A stretch of 20,104 nucleotides of DNA from Myxococcales bacterium (GTDB lineage Bacteria > Myxococcota_A > UBA9042 > JABWCM01 > BTVJ01): NCBI GenBank assembly GCA_045863395.1, contig BTVJ01000117.1:1-20104 (forward strand), written 5' to 3'. Positions 16,173 through 20,104 of this stretch are shown piece by piece; the stretch's first letter is position 1, and each line of letters opens with the position of its first letter. The notes under the pieces are model-generated. The model was not told the origin of the DNA and ran no database searches. It worked only from the letters and a program-made list of their open reading frames with translations. A program made the translations under genes and the position numbers.

Positions 16173-19100
16173 ATGTCACGGATCTCCCTCGGCCTGCTCG
16201 CCCTGCTCGCCCTCGGCGCGTGTGGCGGCCGTGACGGCGGGGACTCCGGCGGCGGAGGGAAGTTCGGGACGTTGGGGGACGTCCAGCTCCAGGTGACTCC
16301 GAAGTCCGTGTCCTTTGGGAACATCAGTCAGGGCAAGAGCGCCAGCGCCACGGTGCGCATCACCCACGCAGGCACGAGCGGAGCGCTGACGTTGCGCGCA
16401 GCACGGCTCGAGTCCGCCAGCCCCGAGATCACGGCGACCCTGCCGCCAGACACCACGCTGGGGCCGGGCGAGAGCGTGGAGCTCGCGGTCCACTACGTTG
16501 CCGCGGACGGGGTCGCAGACGCGGCGACGATCTTCATCGACCACGACGCGAGCGTCCCGAGCCCCCTGGCCATCCCCGTCGTCACGGGCGACGTGGCCGG
16601 CGTGCTGCGGGTCTCGCCGCAGCAGATCGACTTCGGCGCCGTGACCACCGGAGCCCACTCCGACCGGGTTGCCACCGTGACGAACGTCGGTTCCGGGAAC
16701 GTGCAGGTGACCGGCATGACCCTGGAGGGAGCCACTGACTTCTCCCTGACGCCGCCGGTGCTTCCGGCGGTGCTGGCGCCCGGTGGGTCTCTGAGCGTCG
16801 GGCTGCGCTACACGCCGACCTGGTGGGACGCGGACAGTGCGACGCTGGTGGTCACCGCGGACGGCGCGAGCGTCAGCGCCCCATTGGTGGGCGTAGAGAT
16901 CGGGCCGAAGGTGGTGGTGTCGCCCGCCAAGGTGGACCTGGGGAGCGCGCAGGTGGGCGAGGAGGTGACGCGGGCGTTCAAGGTGCTGTCGCAGGGCAAC
17001 GCGCCGCTGTACGTGCAGGAGCTCCGCCTGCTGGAGGGCGCCGAGCCGGGTCTCACCCTCGTCGGGGCGACCGAAGACGCGACCGTCGCGCCAGGCGAGA
17101 AGCTCGAGGCAACGGTTCGATTCAAGCCGACGCGGGCCCTCGAGCCGGACAGCCTCGACCCCATCGGGGTCATCCGGGTGGTGTCGGACGACCCGCTCGA
17201 GCCGCAGATCGACGTGCCGGTGTTTGCGTGGAGCGGCTACCCCATCCTGGCCGTGCTGCCCGCAGAGCAGGTGCACTTCGGCATCGTCGCCCAGACCATC
17301 CGCATCGAGCGATCCCTCACGCTGGTCAACCAGGGGTTCGCGCCCCTCGATGTCACGGAGGTCCGCCTCACCGCCGCGACGACGGCGGAGTTCGAGATCG
17401 TTGGAGACGCGACGTTCGGGCCCGTGGCGACGCCACCCGCGCCCGCGTGGATTCCGCCCGGTGGCTCCGTGGAGCTCAAGGTCGGCTTCACCAACTTCGG
17501 CGCAGCGGAAGGGGAGGCCCACGGGGGGCTCGCGATCCACTCCAGCGACGAGGAGCGCCCGGTCTGGGTCGTGGACCTGTTCGCGCTTCGCGCGGGCCCG
17601 CCCGAGTGCAAGCCGGTCATCGTGCCCGCGAAGCTCGACTTCGGGCCCCTCTCCGAGGGCTCGAGCCGGGTGTCCGCCGTCAACATCAAGAATGAAGGCA
17701 ACGGGTTCTGCACCTTCGAGGCGGCGCGCGTCGTCGGCTGCACGGCGCCGTTTCCTCTGATCTTCGAGTGCGAGGAGGGGACGACCTCTCCGTGGTTCTC
17801 GGTCGTGTCGGCGCCGGCAAGCGTCCACGCGGGCATCGGCCCGAAGGAGACGGCGACCATCCAGGTACAGTTCGAGGCGCCGGCGCTGGGGATGAACGAG
17901 ACCTGGGTCGACGTGCGAGGGCTCCTGCAGGTGGACGTGTCCGATCCCCATGCGGGGGACGCGGTCGCCACGCTGCCCGCCCCGTTCACGCCCGAGCTCG
18001 AGCCCGTACCGAATCTGCTCGGGGCGAGCGCGCTGGGGCTCCTGTCGGTCAAGCCGTCCAAGGTGGCGTTCGGCCCGGTCACTCTCGGGTGCAAGTCGCA
18101 GACGCGGGTGATCACCGTCGCGAACAAGGGAGAGGCGCCCCTCTGGGTAGACGACATCACTCTGGAGGGGTGTGGGCCCGAGGTGAAGATCGTCGAGCAG
18201 CCACCCCTGCCCCTGGAGCTCTGGTCGGCGAATCCGGCCGAGATCAAGGTGGCGTACGGCCCGCAGGATCTCGGCGCCGACGCCTGCTCCCTCGTGATCA
18301 CCGCGGGGGGGCAATCGGCCACGGTGTCGCTCACGGGCTCGGGCACGCTGGAGACGCACGTAACGGACGTCTTCGACAAGGTCTTCGACGGAGTGGACGT
18401 GCTGTTCGTGGTGGACGACTCCGGCAGCATGAGCGAGGACCAGGAGAATCTGGCGTCCAACTTCGGGGCGTTCCTGGCCGTAGCCAAGAGCTGGGGCGTC
18501 GACTTCCACCTCGGGGTGGTGACCACCGACGTGGAGGACCCGAAGAAGGCGGGGCGGCTGCAGGGGGAGCCCAAGTTCGTGACGCCGCAGGACGCGCAGG
18601 CCTTTGCGCAGAACGTCCTGGTCGGGACGAGCGGCTCGGGCACGGAGCGCGGCCTCGAGGCGGCGCGTCTGGCACTCTCGCCGCCGCTCACCGACGACTC
18701 GGGCACGCCCTGTTCGGCCGACTCGGGCTGCGCCGCACCCATGAAGTGCGTAGCCGGAGTCTGCGGCGGCCCGAACCGTGGCTTCCTGCGGGACACGGCG
18801 GCGCTCCACGTCATCTTCGTCAGCGACGAGGAGGACCAGTCCCCCAAGGCCCTCAGCTCCTACATCGACTTCCTCCTGGGCCTGAAGGGCGCAGGCTGGG
18901 GTGAGCTGGTCAAGGCGCACGCCATCGTGGGCACCAAGGCCGTCACGTGCGGCGCAGACATCGGGCAGCGCTACATCGACGTGGCCGACGCGACCGGTGG
19001 CAAGGTGGCGAGCATCTGCGACCCCGACTTCGCAGCCGCCCTCGGAGACCTCTCCGGCGGCATCTTCGGCGCGCAGTACAAGTACCACCTGTCGCGATAC

Positions 19101-19265
19101 CCCGACCCCACGACGCTGAAGGTGACGGTCAGCGGCAAGCCCTGTACCAGCGGGTGGACCTTCGACGCTGCAAACGTGGCGGTCGTCTTCTCTCCGACGT
19201 CAGCGTGCATGCCGGCCCCCGGCGACGTCGTCAGCATTGCTTACGACGCCATGTGCTTCCCCTGA
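16173..19265 (+). CDS. Large lipoprotein with six ASH/choice-of-anchor-D-like Ig repeats and a C-terminal vWA domain
   Basis: MSRISLGLLALLALGAC lipobox. Six V.P...[DH]FG.V-type repeats, each followed by an I.N.G...L.V-like strand. MIDAS motif DVLFVVDDSGSM, then ERGLEAA and FVSDEEDQS. Confidence 0.85.
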   Translation: MSRISLGLLALLALGACGGRDGGDSGGGGKFGTLGDVQLQVTPKSVSFGNISQGKSASATVRITHAGTSGALTLRAARLESASPEITATLPPDTTLGPGESVELAVHYVAADGVADAATIFIDHDASVPSPLAIPVVTGDVAGVLRVSPQQIDFGAVTTGAHSDRVATVTNVGSGNVQVTGMTLEGATDFSLTPPVLPAVLAPGGSLSVGLRYTPTWWDADSATLVVTADGASVSAPLVGVEIGPKVVVSPAKVDLGSAQVGEEVTRAFKVLSQGNAPLYVQELRLLEGAEPGLTLVGATEDATVAPGEKLEATVRFKPTRALEPDSLDPIGVIRVVSDDPLEPQIDVPVFAWSGYPILAVLPAEQVHFGIVAQTIRIERSLTLVNQGFAPLDVTEVRLTAATTAEFEIVGDATFGPVATPPAPAWIPPGGSVELKVGFTNFGAAEGEAHGGLAIHSSDEERPVWVVDLFALRAGPPECKPVIVPAKLDFGPLSEGSSRVSAVNIKNEGNGFCTFEAARVVGCTAPFPLIFECEEGTTSPWFSVVSAPASVHAGIGPKETATIQVQFEAPALGMNETWVDVRGLLQVDVSDPHAGDAVATLPAPFTPELEPVPNLLGASALGLLSVKPSKVAFGPVTLGCKSQTRVITVANKGEAPLWVDDITLEGCGPEVKIVEQPPLPLELWSANPAEIKVAYGPQDLGADACSLVITAGGQSATVSLTGSGTLETHVTDVFDKVFDGVDVLFVVDDSGSMSEDQENLASNFGAFLAVAKSWGVDFHLGVVTTDVEDPKKAGRLQGEPKFVTPQDAQAFAQNVLVGTSGSGTERGLEAARLALSPPLTDDSGTPCSADSGCAAPMKCVAGVCGGPNRGFLRDTAALHVIFVSDEEDQSPKALSSYIDFLLGLKGAGWGELVKAHAIVGTKAVTCGADIGQRYIDVADATGGKVASICDPDFAAALGDLSGGIFGAQYKYHLSRYPDPTTLKVTVSGKPCTSGWTFDAANVAVVFSPTSACMPAPGDVVSIAYDAMCFP

Positions 19266-19282
19266 CCAGAAGATCCCCAGAG

Positions 19283-20077
19283 ATGCAGCAGCACGAGATC
19301 ACCGGAGCCCCAGCCGCCTCGGCCCTCGCGGGGGCAAGGTCTCAGCAGGTCTTTCTGGCGCTCGCGGCCACGCTGATCACCTCCCTGGTGCTGGCAAACG
19401 TGGTCGGCGTCAAGCTGTTCCGTTTCGAGCTGGACCTGGGACCGGTTGGGGTCGTGCCCGTCGAGCACACGGCTGGCATGCTGCCATTCCCCATCACCTT
19501 CCTGCTCACGGACCTCCTCAACGAGTATTGGGGCAAGCGAGCCACCCGCTACGTGACGTTCGTTGCGTTCGCCATGGCCGCGTTCGCGTGGGGAGTCGTG
19601 ACTGCTGCCCGCGCGCTGCCAATCCTCGAAGGGATCCCCGGCACGGCGACCCAGGCTGCCTTCGACGAGATCTTCGGGGCGTCGTCGCTGATGCAGATCG
19701 CCTCCATCGGCGCCTTCCTCGTCGGGTCGCTGCTCGACATCCACGTGTTCGGGGTCTTCAAGCGCTTGACCGGGGGACGCATGGTGTGGCTCAGAACCAC
19801 GGGCAGCACGGTGATCTCCCAGCTCTTCGACAGCTTCGTGGTCACCTTCCTCTTCTTCGTCGCCCTCCAAGCCGCGACCGGTGGGGAGGCGGCTCCCTTG
19901 GACTTCGTCGTTCGCACGGCGCTGACCGGCTACGTCCTGAAGTTCGTCATCGCGGTGGCGCTCACGCCGGCCGTGTATGCCGGCAGGGCCCTCCTGCGGC
20001 GAGTCTGGGGGCTTGAGCCCGAGCCCGGCCCCGTGGGGGTCAAGTATACTCATATCTCATATCCGCGAGAGAAGTGA
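19283..20077 (+). CDS. Queuosine precursor transporter (YhhQ/VUT family)
   Basis: Multi-TM protein with LANVVGVKL, PFPITFLLTDLLNEYWG, AFLVGSLLDI, WLRTTGSTVISQLFDSF and YVLKF...LTP..Y. The stop codon lies inside the REPIN. Confidence 0.9.
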   Translation: MQQHEITGAPAASALAGARSQQVFLALAATLITSLVLANVVGVKLFRFELDLGPVGVVPVEHTAGMLPFPITFLLTDLLNEYWGKRATRYVTFVAFAMAAFAWGVVTAARALPILEGIPGTATQAAFDEIFGASSLMQIASIGAFLVGSLLDIHVFGVFKRLTGGRMVWLRTTGSTVISQLFDSFVVTFLFFVALQAATGGEAAPLDFVVRTALTGYVLKFVIAVALTPAVYAGRALLRRVWGLEPEPGPVGVKYTHISYPREK

Positions 20078-20098
20078 GATATGAGTATACTTGACCCC
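20036..20098. repeat. Stand-alone REPIN (inverted pair of the RAYT-associated repeat)
   Basis: Perfect 24-bp inverted arms, GGGGTCAAGTATACTCATATCTCA (20036-20059) and its reverse complement (20075-20098), around a 15-nt spacer. Confidence 0.95.
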
Positions 20099-20104
20099 AG
20101 CAGT

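Noticed and set aside
15515..16324. N-terminal extension of the 14915..16324 minus ORF (469 aa)
   Set aside because: It overlaps two plus-strand genes. The RBS, promoter and lipobox all point to ATG 15514.
7388..19088. Long antisense ORFs (7388..9190 -, 10325..13141 +, 13792..14937 +, 16176..19088 -)
   Set aside because: Shadow ORFs expected opposite real genes in high-GC DNA.

Overview
GC-rich bacterial chromosomal window. The Cys-rich secreted lipoproteins suggest a Myxococcota/deltaproteobacterial-like organism, which is an inference. The protein-coding part holds a TolC-family protein, a large lipoprotein with a caspase/CHAT-like domain, an RluA-family pseudouridine synthase, a PilZ-domain protein, fhs, a REP-associated tyrosine transposase (RAYT) flanked by inverted GGGGTCAAG-type repeats, a parE-parC operon, two small secreted proteins, a large Ig-repeat/vWA lipoprotein, and a queuosine-precursor transporter ending inside a stand-alone REPIN. 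The most striking element is the first ~1.1 kb, which has no credible protein gene. On the minus strand it reads as a stable-RNA-style transcription unit: sigma70-like promoter, boxB/boxA-like leader, paired ends and a terminator hairpin. It encloses a ~0.9 kb RNA that folds by eye into three large nested domains built from seven copies of one helix / purine-rich 3x3 internal loop / helix module. I cannot match it to an RNA class I recognise. A cluster of DnaA-box-like sites lies just upstream. All structures and family calls were made by eye, with no searches or folding runs.
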